A DNA stretch of 34,929 nucleotides, from the NCBI GenBank assembly GCA_000004985.1, contig GG738946.1. The stretch is one strand, 5' to 3'. The notes under the pieces are model-generated. The model made no database searches and was not told the DNA's origin. It saw nothing but the letters and a program-made list of their open reading frames with translations. Positions 11,001 to 21,518 of the stretch are shown one piece after another. The DNA comes from Naegleria gruberi. Lineage: Eukaryota. Position 1 is the stretch's first letter. The number at the start of each line of letters is the position of its first letter. The translations under genes and the position numbers were made by a program.

Positions 11001-14000
11001 AATATTCAGGTGGAGAATTTTCAAACACTCTCGTATTAATTTTTAGAGTATAATTATTATTATAAAAACTATAGATTTGTAATTCGAATAAGCCAGATGT
11101 CTTGTTCTTCCAGTGACAAATAGTTGGGAAAATTCCTTGTTCAGAAACTTGAACTAATTTGTTACAGTCAACTGAATCATTTCCATAATTAGATGGAGCT
11201 TTCAAATATAAAATTAATGAATTTCCATTATCAGAGAATCTAATAATTGAAGAAATACTCGTTAAACAATCCTCTCCATAATAAGTATCTTGACACATGT
11301 TACAATTTGTTCCATTCCAATAACCTTGAATAGAATTTGAATGACACAAACATTTTCCATCATCATCTGAACATTTCCCATGAGAAGAACATGTCACATT
11401 GTCATTACAATAAGTAGAACAATTTGTTCCATAATAATTTAGAGTACAAATTTCAAATTCACAATTACTTCCATTGTAAATAACAGTTGTTGACAATATT
11501 TCACATGAACAATTATTATGGGAAGAACAATTTCCTCTTCCAGAACAAACTTGATTATCTGTTGACAGTTTACCAAAACAAATAATTGAATCAAATGTCT
11601 GATTTTCACATTCATTACCATAATAAGAATATTGACATGAACAAATATTTGGAGAAATACAAGAACCATTTCCATTACAAACATTTAAATCTATACTTTC
11701 AATTCCAAAACAGTTAAATTGAGAACATTCATCACCATAATATCCATCATAACATGTACAATTATTTGGTATTTGACATTTTCCATTTCCAGAACAAACT
11801 GAACTGTTGTTAAATAAAATATCAAAACATGAATATAAATCACATGATTCACCAAAATAATCATCTACACATGAGCAGTTATTTGGATTTAGACAAGAAC
11901 CATGAGTGGAACAAACTTGTGAAGAATTAAACAAATTTCCATAACATTGGAATAATTCACAATTATTTTCATTGTAACCTTCTTCACATGAGCAGTTATT
12001 TGGTGATACACATTCACCATGTTTTGAACAAACAGTATGATTATCAAATGGAACACCAAAACATTCATATAAATTACAACTATTTCCACTGTATCCATCT
12101 TTACATTTACATTCGTTTGGTTTAGAGCAATTTCCATGTTTTGAACAAACATTTGAAGAATTGAACAAATCTCCAAAACATTCAAATAATTCACAATCCA
12201 AACCATAATATCCATTCCTGCAATTACAATGATTTGGAGAAATACATTCACCAAATAATGAACAAACTTGTGAAGAATTAAACAAATTTCCATAACATTC
12301 AAATAATTCACATTCAAAACCAAAATATCCAAATTGACATGAACATTCATTTGGTGAAATACATAATCCATGTGATGAGCAAACTTTAGAAGAATTATAA
12401 ACAAAACTAAAGCAATTGAATAATGAACAATTATTTCCATAATGTCCCAATTGACATGAACAATTATTTGGTGAAACACAACTTCCATTCTGAGAACAAA
12501 CATTTGATGAATTAAACTCAATATCAAAACATTCAAATAATTCACAAGAATCTCCATGATAACCATTTTCACATGAACAATTATTTGGAGCAAGACATGA
12601 ACCACTTCCAGTACAAACTGTGGAGGAATTGTATAATTGACCAAAACATTCATAATTTTCACAAACATTTCCATAATATCCTAATTGACATGAACAATTT
12701 TGTGAAGATTGACAAATGCCACGTCCAGAGCAAACAAGTGAATCATTTTTTAACAAACCACTACATTCATAAAATTGACATTCTTGTCCATAATAACCTG
12801 ATTGACAAGAACAGTTTTGAGGAGTTGAACATTCTCCATGTTTCGAACACACTTGTGTGGAATTGTAAAGGTTTCCAAAACATTCGAATAATTCACATTC
12901 TTGTCCGTAATAACCATTCATACAAATGCAATTATTTGGAGAATTGCAATAACCATTGGAAGAGCAAATATTTGAATCGTTGAAAATCTTTTCATAACAT
13001 TTGAATAATTCACAATTAGATCCATAATAACCAGTATCACATGTACAATTATTTGGAGAATTGCATACACCCTTTCCATAACAAACACTTGAACTATTAA
13101 ACAAGTTTCCAAAACATTCAAAAAGTTCACAATTAATTCCATAATATCCTAATTGACATGAACAATTATTGAATGAAAGACATTGACCTTTTGATGAACA
13201 AACATGTGATGAATTGAATAAATTATCATAACATTGATATAAACTACAATCATATCCATAATAATTCTCATTACAAGTACAATTATTTGGTGATGAACAA
13301 ATGCCATTCAATGAGCAAACATTTGACATGTTAAACATTTTACCATAACAGTCAAAAGCTTCACAATTTCTTCCATAATATGCATTTTTACAATTACAAT
13401 TATCAGGTGATAAACAACTTCCATAACCTGAACAAACTGTCGAGTTATCAAATCTCAAATTAAAACAATCATAAAATTCACAATTATTTCCATAATGTCC
13501 AATTGAACATGAGCAATTATTTGGTGACAGACATGAACCAACTCCAGAACAAACACTTCCATTATTTCTATTTATCCCCAAACAATCAAATTCTGCACAT
13601 TCATATCCATAAAAATTCATAGAACATGTGCAATTATTAAAAGCAGAACAATTTCCATGTCCATAACAAACATTTGATGAATTTTTGATAATTCCAAAAC
13701 AATTATAAAGTTCACACGATATTCCATAGTATCCATTTTCACATGAACAATTATTTGGAGCAAGACATGAACCACTTCCAGTACAACCTTTTGAAGAATT
13801 GTATAATTGACCAAAACATTCATAATTTTCACAAACATTTCCATAATATCCTAATTGACATGAACAATTTTGTGAAGATTGACAAATGCCACGTCCAGAG
13901 CAAACAAATGAATCATTTTTTAACAAACCATTACATTCATAAAATTGACATTCTTCTCCATAATATCCAGATTGACAAGAACAGTTTTGAGGTGACAGAC

Positions 14001-14467
14001 AAGAGCCACGATTGGAACAAACATGTGTGGAATTGTAAAGGTTTCCAAAACATTCGAATAATTCACAATTAGATCCATAATATCCTGATCGGCATGTACA
14101 ATTATTTGGAGAATTGCATACACCCTTTCCAGAACAAACTTTTGAGGTATTGAACAGATTTCCATAACAAAAATGTGAATCACAATTAGCTCCATAATAA
14201 CCTGATTTACATGTGCAATTATTTGAACTTTGACAAGATCCGTGCCCAGAACAAACACTTGAACTATTAAACAAGTTTCCATAACAATAAAAATCCTGAC
14301 ATACAACTCCATAATATCCTGATTGACATGTGCAATTATTTGGAGAGGAGCAAGTGCCTAATGATGAACAAACACTTGAATTACTCTTCTTTATCCCAAA
14401 ACAATCAAAATCTTGACAATAACTTCCATAATAGTTTGTAAAACATGAACAATTATTTGGGGAAAGA
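8083..14467 (-). CDS. Giant type I membrane protein, distal part: tandem EGF (tenascin-type) repeats, a large Cys-poor extracellular region, a single TM helix and a short tail
   Basis: Continuous minus-strand frame. At least 26 repeats of 39 aa (C..G.....S.VCS..G.C.SPNNC.C..GYYG..CE.FEC.G) followed by about 1100 aa. The TM segment is LGFLGFLGIIPLILIIILIVIII and the tail is NKRMHTESFIQEEEQVELQWSV*. Stop at 8083-8085. The frame runs into the gap at 14468. Confidence 0.8.
11455..14467 (-). repeat. Tandem array of 117-nt units encoding 39-aa EGF-like repeats (26 visible; continues into the gap)
   Basis: Periodic 6-Cys 39-aa repeats are read directly. Near-identical ~400-nt segments recur 1170 nt apart (exactly 10 units), which alternate-frame ORFs at 12573 and 13743 also reveal. 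Confidence 0.85.
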
Positions 14468-16256
14468 NNNNNNNNNNNNNNNNNNNNNNNNNNNNNNNNN
14501 NNNNNNNNNNNNNNNNNNNNNNNNNNNNNNNNNNNNNNNNNNNNNNNNNNNNNNNNNNNNNNNNNNNNNNNNNNNNNNNNNNNNNNNNNNNNNNNNNNNN
14601 NNNNNNNNNNNNNNNNNNNNNNNNNNNNNNNNNNNNNNNNNNNNNNNNNNNNNNNNNNNNNNNNNNNNNNNNNNNNNNNNNNNNNNNNNNNNNNNNNNNN
14701 NNNNNNNNNNNNNNNNNNNNNNNNNNNNNNNNNNNNNNNNNNNNNNNNNNNNNNNNNNNNNNNNNNNNNNNNNNNNNNNNNNNNNNNNNNNNNNNNNNNN
14801 NNNNNNNNNNNNNNNNNNNNNNNNNNNNNNNNNNNNNNNNNNNNNNNNNNNNNNNNNNNNNNNNNNNNNNNNNNNNNNNNNNNNNNNNNNNNNNNNNNNN
14901 NNNNNNNNNNNNNNNNNNNNNNNNNNNNNNNNNNNNNNNNNNNNNNNNNNNNNNNNNNNNNNNNNNNNNNNNNNNNNNNNNNNNNNNNNNNNNNNNNNNN
15001 NNNNNNNNNNNNNNNNNNNNNNNNNNNNNNNNNNNNNNNNNNNNNNNNNNNNNNNNNNNNNNNNNNNNNNNNNNNNNNNNNNNNNNNNNNNNNNNNNNNN
15101 NNNNNNNNNNNNNNNNNNNNNNNNNNNNNNNNNNNNNNNNNNNNNNNNNNNNNNNNNNNNNNNNNNNNNNNNNNNNNNNNNNNNNNNNNNNNNNNNNNNN
15201 NNNNNNNNNNNNNNNNNNNNNNNNNNNNNNNNNNNNNNNNNNNNNNNNNNNNNNNNNNNNNNNNNNNNNNNNNNNNNNNNNNNNNNNNNNNNNNNNNNNN
15301 NNNNNNNNNNNNNNNNNNNNNNNNNNNNNNNNNNNNNNNNNNNNNNNNNNNNNNNNNNNNNNNNNNNNNNNNNNNNNNNNNNNNNNNNNNNNNNNNNNNN
15401 NNNNNNNNNNNNNNNNNNNNNNNNNNNNNNNNNNNNNNNNNNNNNNNNNNNNNNNNNNNNNNNNNNNNNNNNNNNNNNNNNNNNNNNNNNNNNNNNNNNN
15501 NNNNNNNNNNNNNNNNNNNNNNNNNNNNNNNNNNNNNNNNNNNNNNNNNNNNNNNNNNNNNNNNNNNNNNNNNNNNNNNNNNNNNNNNNNNNNNNNNNNN
15601 NNNNNNNNNNNNNNNNNNNNNNNNNNNNNNNNNNNNNNNNNNNNNNNNNNNNNNNNNNNNNNNNNNNNNNNNNNNNNNNNNNNNNNNNNNNNNNNNNNNN
15701 NNNNNNNNNNNNNNNNNNNNNNNNNNNNNNNNNNNNNNNNNNNNNNNNNNNNNNNNNNNNNNNNNNNNNNNNNNNNNNNNNNNNNNNNNNNNNNNNNNNN
15801 NNNNNNNNNNNNNNNNNNNNNNNNNNNNNNNNNNNNNNNNNNNNNNNNNNNNNNNNNNNNNNNNNNNNNNNNNNNNNNNNNNNNNNNNNNNNNNNNNNNN
15901 NNNNNNNNNNNNNNNNNNNNNNNNNNNNNNNNNNNNNNNNNNNNNNNNNNNNNNNNNNNNNNNNNNNNNNNNNNNNNNNNNNNNNNNNNNNNNNNNNNNN
16001 NNNNNNNNNNNNNNNNNNNNNNNNNNNNNNNNNNNNNNNNNNNNNNNNNNNNNNNNNNNNNNNNNNNNNNNNNNNNNNNNNNNNNNNNNNNNNNNNNNNN
16101 NNNNNNNNNNNNNNNNNNNNNNNNNNNNNNNNNNNNNNNNNNNNNNNNNNNNNNNNNNNNNNNNNNNNNNNNNNNNNNNNNNNNNNNNNNNNNNNNNNNN
16201 NNNNNNNNNNNNNNNNNNNNNNNNNNNNNNNNNNNNNNNNNNNNNNNNNNNNNNNN
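14468..16256. other. Assembly gap (1789 N) inside the giant gene
   Basis: n run, probably caused by collapse or uncertainty in the repeat array. Confidence 1.
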
Positions 16257-16487
16257 TAATGTTTGTAGAAGTGGCTACAAGATTATCAGCAAATGGTGTA
16301 TCTATACCAGTTCCTACAATGGTTGTAATTTTGAAAGAGGAATCAACCATTCGAATTCGGTTATTGTCAGAATCAACAATAATTATATTCCTGTCAGGAT
16401 TCAAAGAAACATGAACAGGAGAGCACAATCTGGTTGTTCTTGCATCAACTCCATCTGAATCATATCCACAAGAACCATTTCCAGCCA
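16257..16487 (-). CDS. Giant membrane protein, NHL-repeat segment (exon 2 start)
   Basis: ...VAGNGSCGYDSDGVDARTTRLCSPVHVSLNPDRNIIIVDSDNNRIRMVDSSFKITTIVGTG matches the NHL repeat pattern. It is in the same frame as the distal part. Confidence 0.7.
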
Positions 16488-16526
16488 CTAACACAACTTA
16501 ATCATATTTTAAACTTTCAAACTTAC

Positions 16527-16962
16527 CAGTTGAAATGACTCCAAAATTATCAATTTTTCTAATCTTGTGATTGTTAGTATCCGCAACAAACAAACTACCA
16601 GTTACATCATCAAAAAACACTCCTCGAGGAGAATTCATCTGTGAAGCAGTAGCCAAACCACCATCTCCATCACTTCCCTTCGTCATTTGTCCAGCAATTG
16701 TTGAAATGTATCCATATCTATCAATCTTTCTAATACGATGAAACACGTATTCTGCTACAAAGAGATCACCATCTTGATTGAATGTTAAATGACTAGGACC
16801 ACCTAACAGAGCATTCACTGCTAAGGCACCATCACATTGTTTAGAACCACCAACCTTAGTAATATAGTAGGAAGGTTTTGTTGAGGCCTCAATTAGATGC
16901 AACAGATAAAATACAACATGTAACAATACCATATAACACAGTAATACTACGAGAGACTTCAT
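16527..16962 (-). CDS. Giant membrane protein, exon 1: signal peptide plus NHL repeats
   Basis: ATG (plus-strand cat 16960-16962) in an aaaaATG context. MKSLVVLLCYMVLLHVVFYLLHLIEA is a signal-peptide-like leader. NHL repeats follow (GDLFVAEYVFHRIRKIDRYGYISTIAG; SLFVADTNNHKIRKIDNFGVIST). The exon ends at a GTAAGT donor (plus-strand acttac 16521-16526). Confidence 0.7.
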
Positions 16963-17308
16963 TTTTTTTCTTCTTTTTGAATATTTCAATGAACACAAGT
17001 AGAGTTTAATAGCACTACTACCTTACCGTGAAAACTTTAGTGTGTTGTTAATTTACCATAAGGTGATATTAGCGGTTGTTTAGTCCTTAATTGGAAGTGA
17101 AATAAAATAGTCCAAATAAGCATGGAAATTTATCAGGTTCAAAAGTAGCGACCTCCAACCAAATTTGATTTGCTGTAGAAATATGAAATTTGCTTAATAA
17201 AGAACATACAAGTTCAAAAAATTCATTCTTCTACTCTAGGATTTTCAGATTTAAATCTTAATAAATTTAATTATTTTATATATTAATTGGATTTTTAAAA
17301 TACAATCA

Positions 17309-18844
17309 TTATTCATGTACATAATTATCAACATCTGGAAATTCAATACGATAAATAGATTCAATTGGAGCCCATAAATTTTCTTCAATTTCCAAATCTT
17401 GAACTAAACCTGATGAAATGTCATAAACCCAACCATGTACGTGAATTGGTTTACCTTTTGCCCATGCTTTTTGTATAATACTTGTTTTACAAATATTTAA
17501 AGTTTGTTCAATAACATTTAATTCAATCATACGTTGCCATCTTTTTTCTTCATCTTGAATTGAATCAACTTCTTGTTTATGTAATCTATAAACATCTTTA
17601 ATATTTCTTAACCATTTATCAATTAAACCATGTGAAGTATTTTCTAATGCAGCTTTAACACCACCACATCTTGTATGTCCCATTACAATAATATGTTTAA
17701 TTTCTAAAACTTCAACTGCATATTGTAAAACAGACATTAAATTTAAATCTGTATTTACAACAATATTTGCAACATTACGATGTATAAACATTTGACCTGG
17801 ATCTATTTTTACAATACTTTCACATGATACTCTTGAATCTGAACATCCAATTAATAAAAATTTAGGTTTTTGTGTTTGTTTATGTTTTTTAAAATATTCA
17901 GAATCAATTCTAGTCTTTTCTCTAACATATTCTATATTATTCATTAATAATTTATCATAAATTTCAAATGATTGTAATTCTTCTTCATGATCTTTACAAT
18001 GAAAACAATGTTGTGAATTTTCTAATGAATGTGGTACAAATACTACTTCTGTATTTCCATTCTCTTTTAATGTATGAAATGAAAATGATCTTCCAATACT
18101 TTGAATTGGACTTTGTGGTACAAGTGGTTCTGGTGTACCAAATGGATTAAATCCATTTATATTCATATTATTTTCATTATTTTCATTATTATTAGAATTA
18201 TTCATTTCATTATTAGAATTATTCATTTCATTATTAGAATTATTATTATTAGAAGGTGTATTATTAGAATTATTATTATTATTATTATTAGAAGGTGTAT
18301 TATTTAAATATTTTAAATTATTATTATTATTAGAAATATTATTATCAGGTGAATGACTATTTTTAGTATTATTAATAATATCATTTAAAATATTACTTGT
18401 ATCAATAGAATTAGGTGATACATCATTAGAATTAATATTATTATAATTATTAGTATTAACTGATAAACGTTTTTCTTGTTTTTTCCATAAACCAATACCT
18501 CTCTTTGTTTGTTTCTTTTTATTTAAATGATTCATTGCTAATGATGTTGGTGATAATATATCATCTTCATCCATTGTTGTTATTGTAGTTGTAGTTGTTG
18601 GAGGTGTACTTGTTACATTATATATTGGTATATTATTATTATTATTAATTAATTGTTTACCAAATACAACAGTTGGAGAATAACGTTGAGTATTATTACT
18701 ATGATTACATTCTGGTGTACAATAATGTTGTTGTTCTTGTTGTTGTTGATATACTTGGGGAATTGATGATACAGTATTAGTTGAAGAGGGATTTAATGTT
18801 TTAATAATTTCCGTATCAGTTGGAGGGTTGTCAATGTGGGACAT
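17309..18844 (-). CDS. Beta-class carbonic anhydrase with a ~300-aa N/T/S-rich N-terminal extension
   Basis: C-terminal domain contains CSDSRVSCE, GQMFIHRNVANIV and LQYAVEVLEIKHIIVMGHTRCGG, the beta-CA zinc-ligand signatures (Cys/Asp/Arg...His-x-x-Cys-Gly). A single open frame from ATG 18844 to a stop at 17309. Confidence 0.8.
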   Translation of the reverse strand: MSHIDNPPTDTEIIKTLNPSSTNTVSSIPQVYQQQQEQQHYCTPECNHSNNTQRYSPTVVFGKQLINNNNNIPIYNVTSTPPTTTTTITTMDEDDILSPTSLAMNHLNKKKQTKRGIGLWKKQEKRLSVNTNNYNNINSNDVSPNSIDTSNILNDIINNTKNSHSPDNNISNNNNNLKYLNNTPSNNNNNNNSNNTPSNNNNSNNEMNNSNNEMNNSNNNENNENNMNINGFNPFGTPEPLVPQSPIQSIGRSFSFHTLKENGNTEVVFVPHSLENSQHCFHCKDHEEELQSFEIYDKLLMNNIEYVREKTRIDSEYFKKHKQTQKPKFLLIGCSDSRVSCESIVKIDPGQMFIHRNVANIVVNTDLNLMSVLQYAVEVLEIKHIIVMGHTRCGGVKAALENTSHGLIDKWLRNIKDVYRLHKQEVDSIQDEEKRWQRMIELNVIEQTLNICKTSIIQKAWAKGKPIHVHGWVYDISSGLVQDLEIEENLWAPIESIYRIEFPDVDNYVHE

Positions 18845-19827
18845 AAAATTGGAATGTACGTTAAATAGAAAACAAGGCTTGTTTTAATATTGTTGTTTTT
18901 TTGTTGAATATTAAATTGAGAGGGAGATTTTAAAGAGTGAACAAGACCTATTATGTGAACATGGATGCGCCCTTTTGAAGATTCTTCAAATTTCGCTTTT
19001 TTGCTTTTGTTTCGAAAGCCTTAGTGAAGCCACAACACGTTGATTGGATGATGACACGACCTAACGGTCATGCAATGTTTCCTATCATCAAAAAATCTAA
19101 CTTGACTACAATTCGGAAAGTCATTTGGTTACAAGAAGATTCACTGTAATTAATTCTAATAATGTTCACATGACTTTATTTGTGTGTTCTTTTGATCAAC
19201 ATTGCCTTACACAATTCAATTGAAGGTCAACATTTGTTAAATAATAATAATAATAATAATATTTGAACATTTGATAGAATATCATCTTAGAATTGTTTGA
19301 TTATTGATGTACTTTATATCTCAATTTTCCCAAATATACAAACATCTAAGTATATTTTGATAATCATATTCTGAACTTTATCATCGTTATGAATGTAAAA
19401 CAATATCATCCTTAATAAATGTGTTGATTATATCATTACACTCCTATAGTTTTTCTCTCTTTTTAAAAACCATTCTCACAAGTTTAAATTGACAACTAAC
19501 AACACTGCTTAAGTTTATTCAATACCTTAAAATAACCATTTAAATATTTATTCTATTCTCTTCTAATAAAAAGATTAGAAGTTAATTAGAAACAGTGGTG
19601 TCTATCATTCAGTTTAAATTTAAAAAAAAAATATATTGTCTCATCACTCTCGCAACATTCAAGAGAGTATTATATTTTATCACTCTTCTATCATCAAATA
19701 GTAGTAGATTATTATTAGTAGTAAATTAAAACACATATTGTCATCATCACATTGTATAACAACAATAACAATAACATCATCATCACTAATAATAATAATA
19801 ATAATAGGAAAAGGAATATAAATCTTT

Positions 19828-20163
19828 ATGAAATTTAATAATTCCTATCAATTATTAAATAAACAAGAAGAGGAATTAGAATATATAGATAATAATTGTA
19901 TAGGTTTAATAGAAGAACAAGAAGAAGAATATAATCATCATCAACATCAACATCATTATAAAAGAATGAATAATGATGAATCTATTTATATATTAAAAAA
20001 TAAATCATCCTATCGAACATTAGATTCTATTAATTTAATTAATAATGATGATTTAATTAATAATAATTTAAATAATTTAAATAATAATTTAAATAGTTTT
20101 AATAATAACAATGAAATACCATTATATGATAATATAAAATTAAATTATAATAATTGTGAATTA
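19828..20163 (+). CDS. Candidate first exon (N-rich leader) of the P4-ATPase gene; its join to the next exon is unresolved
   Basis: ATG 19828 after a long AT-rich promoter. The open N-rich frame ends TAA 20164-20166. It overlaps the next open frame in a different phase (see findings). Confidence 0.3.
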
Positions 20164-21022
20164 TAATAATAATAATTTAAATAATTTAAATTATGATAAT
20201 AGAAATATATTTATAAAAATTAAAGATTATTTATTAAAAACAAATAAATATTATAGTAGAAGTATATTTTTACCAAATGGATTAACTTATCCTAAAAATC
20301 AAAAATATCCTAAAAATGAAATTAAAAATCGTAGATATAATTTATTTACATTTTTACCACTTGTTTTATTTGAACAATTTAAATTTTTTTTTAATTTATA
20401 TTTTTTAATTGTTGCACTTTCACAAATAATTCCACAATTACAAGTTGGTTTTTTATTTACCTATGTTGCTCCTTTAGTTTTTGTTTTATCTGTTACTTTA
20501 TTAAAAGAATTATATGATGATTTAAAAAGATATAAAAGAGATTTAGAATCAAATTCACAATTATATAATGTTTTAAATAATTTAAATAATAATAATAATT
20601 TAAATAATAATAATATAAATAATAATTTTATTAAAAAACCATCATCAAATATTCAAGTTGGAGATTTAATTCAAATAGAAAGTAATCAAAGAATACCAGC
20701 TGATTGTATTTTATTAAAAACAACAGAGAAATCAGGTGCATCTTTTATTAGAACAGATCAATTAGATGGTGAAACTGATCAAAAATTAAGACATGCTATT
20801 CCAACTACTCAAAAATTACATTTAAATCAATTAAGAAAAATTATTGCTAATTTATATATTGAAAAACCTAAAAAGGATATTTATGATTTTTTAGGTAATT
20901 TTACTTGTTATGATATTGATGGTAATGTTAAAATTGTTGAAAGTTTATCTTTAGAAAATACTTTATGGGCAAATACTGTTGTTGCTACTGGTACTATTAT
21001 AGCTTTAGTTATTTATACAGGT
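20156..21022 (+). CDS. P4-type (phospholipid flippase) ATPase homolog, exon with the N-terminal motif, TM1-2 and A-domain
   Basis: YPKNEIKNRRYNLFTFLPLVLFEQFKFFFNLYFLIVALSQIIPQLQ matches the P4-ATPase N-terminal signature. PADCILL and TDQLDGETDQK correspond to the DGET motif. The exon ends ...VIYTG before a GTATGT donor at 21023. Confidence 0.75.
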
Positions 21023-21125
21023 GTATGTTTTTATTTTTAAATATTTAATTATATTTATTTTAATATTCATTTTAAATTTTTTAATTGTAATATTTAATTT
21101 TTAAATATATTTAAATATTTTAAAG

Positions 21126-21402
21126 AGAGAAACAAGAAGTTCATTAAATGCAAGTCAACCTAGATCCAAAGTAGGAAAATTAGATCAAGAATTAAATACA
21201 ATTTCTAAATTTTTATTTATATTAATGGTAATAATAAGTATATTTATGGTAGCATTAAAACAATTTCAAGGATTATGGTATATTACTATATTTAGATTTA
21301 TATTACTATTTTCATCAATTATACCAATTAGTTTAAGAGTTAATTTAGATATGGGTAAAACAGTTTATTCATTTTTTATTATGAAAGATAAAAAAATACC
21401 TG
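21126..21402 (+). CDS. P4-ATPase homolog exon (TM3-TM4)
   Basis: Begins after the acceptor aaag at 21125. [29 protein letters not shown] aligns to the P4 TM4 IPISL motif. Ends ...KKIPG with donor G|GTATTT at 21403. Confidence 0.65.
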
Positions 21403-21518
21403 GTATTTAAGGTAATTTATTTTTATATATATTTATATTTAATTATATTTAATATTTTAATTTTAATTTATTTTTTATTTTTATTTTTTAATTTAATTTT
21501 AATAGAAATTACATTTAG

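Noticed and set aside
11439-14312. Multiple plus- and minus-strand ORFs (11439..11684, 11889..12674, 12573..12983, 12918..13142, 13617..13844, 13743..14072, 13920..14312) inside the EGF array, and the regular about 117-nt periodicity, which could look CRISPR-like
   Set aside because: They are alternate-frame shadows of the Cys-rich repeat coding sequence on the minus strand. The periodicity is that of the protein repeats in a eukaryotic gene, not repeat-spacer units.
17968-18307. ORFs 17968..18150(+) and 18101..18307(+) antisense to the carbonic anhydrase gene
   Set aside because: Antisense readings of the poly-N region, with isoleucine/arginine-rich nonsense translation.
18975-18995. Heat-shock-element-like tGAAgaTTCttCAAa upstream of the carbonic anhydrase gene
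   Set aside because: The third unit is CAA rather than GAA and there is only a single copy. It is too weak to call.
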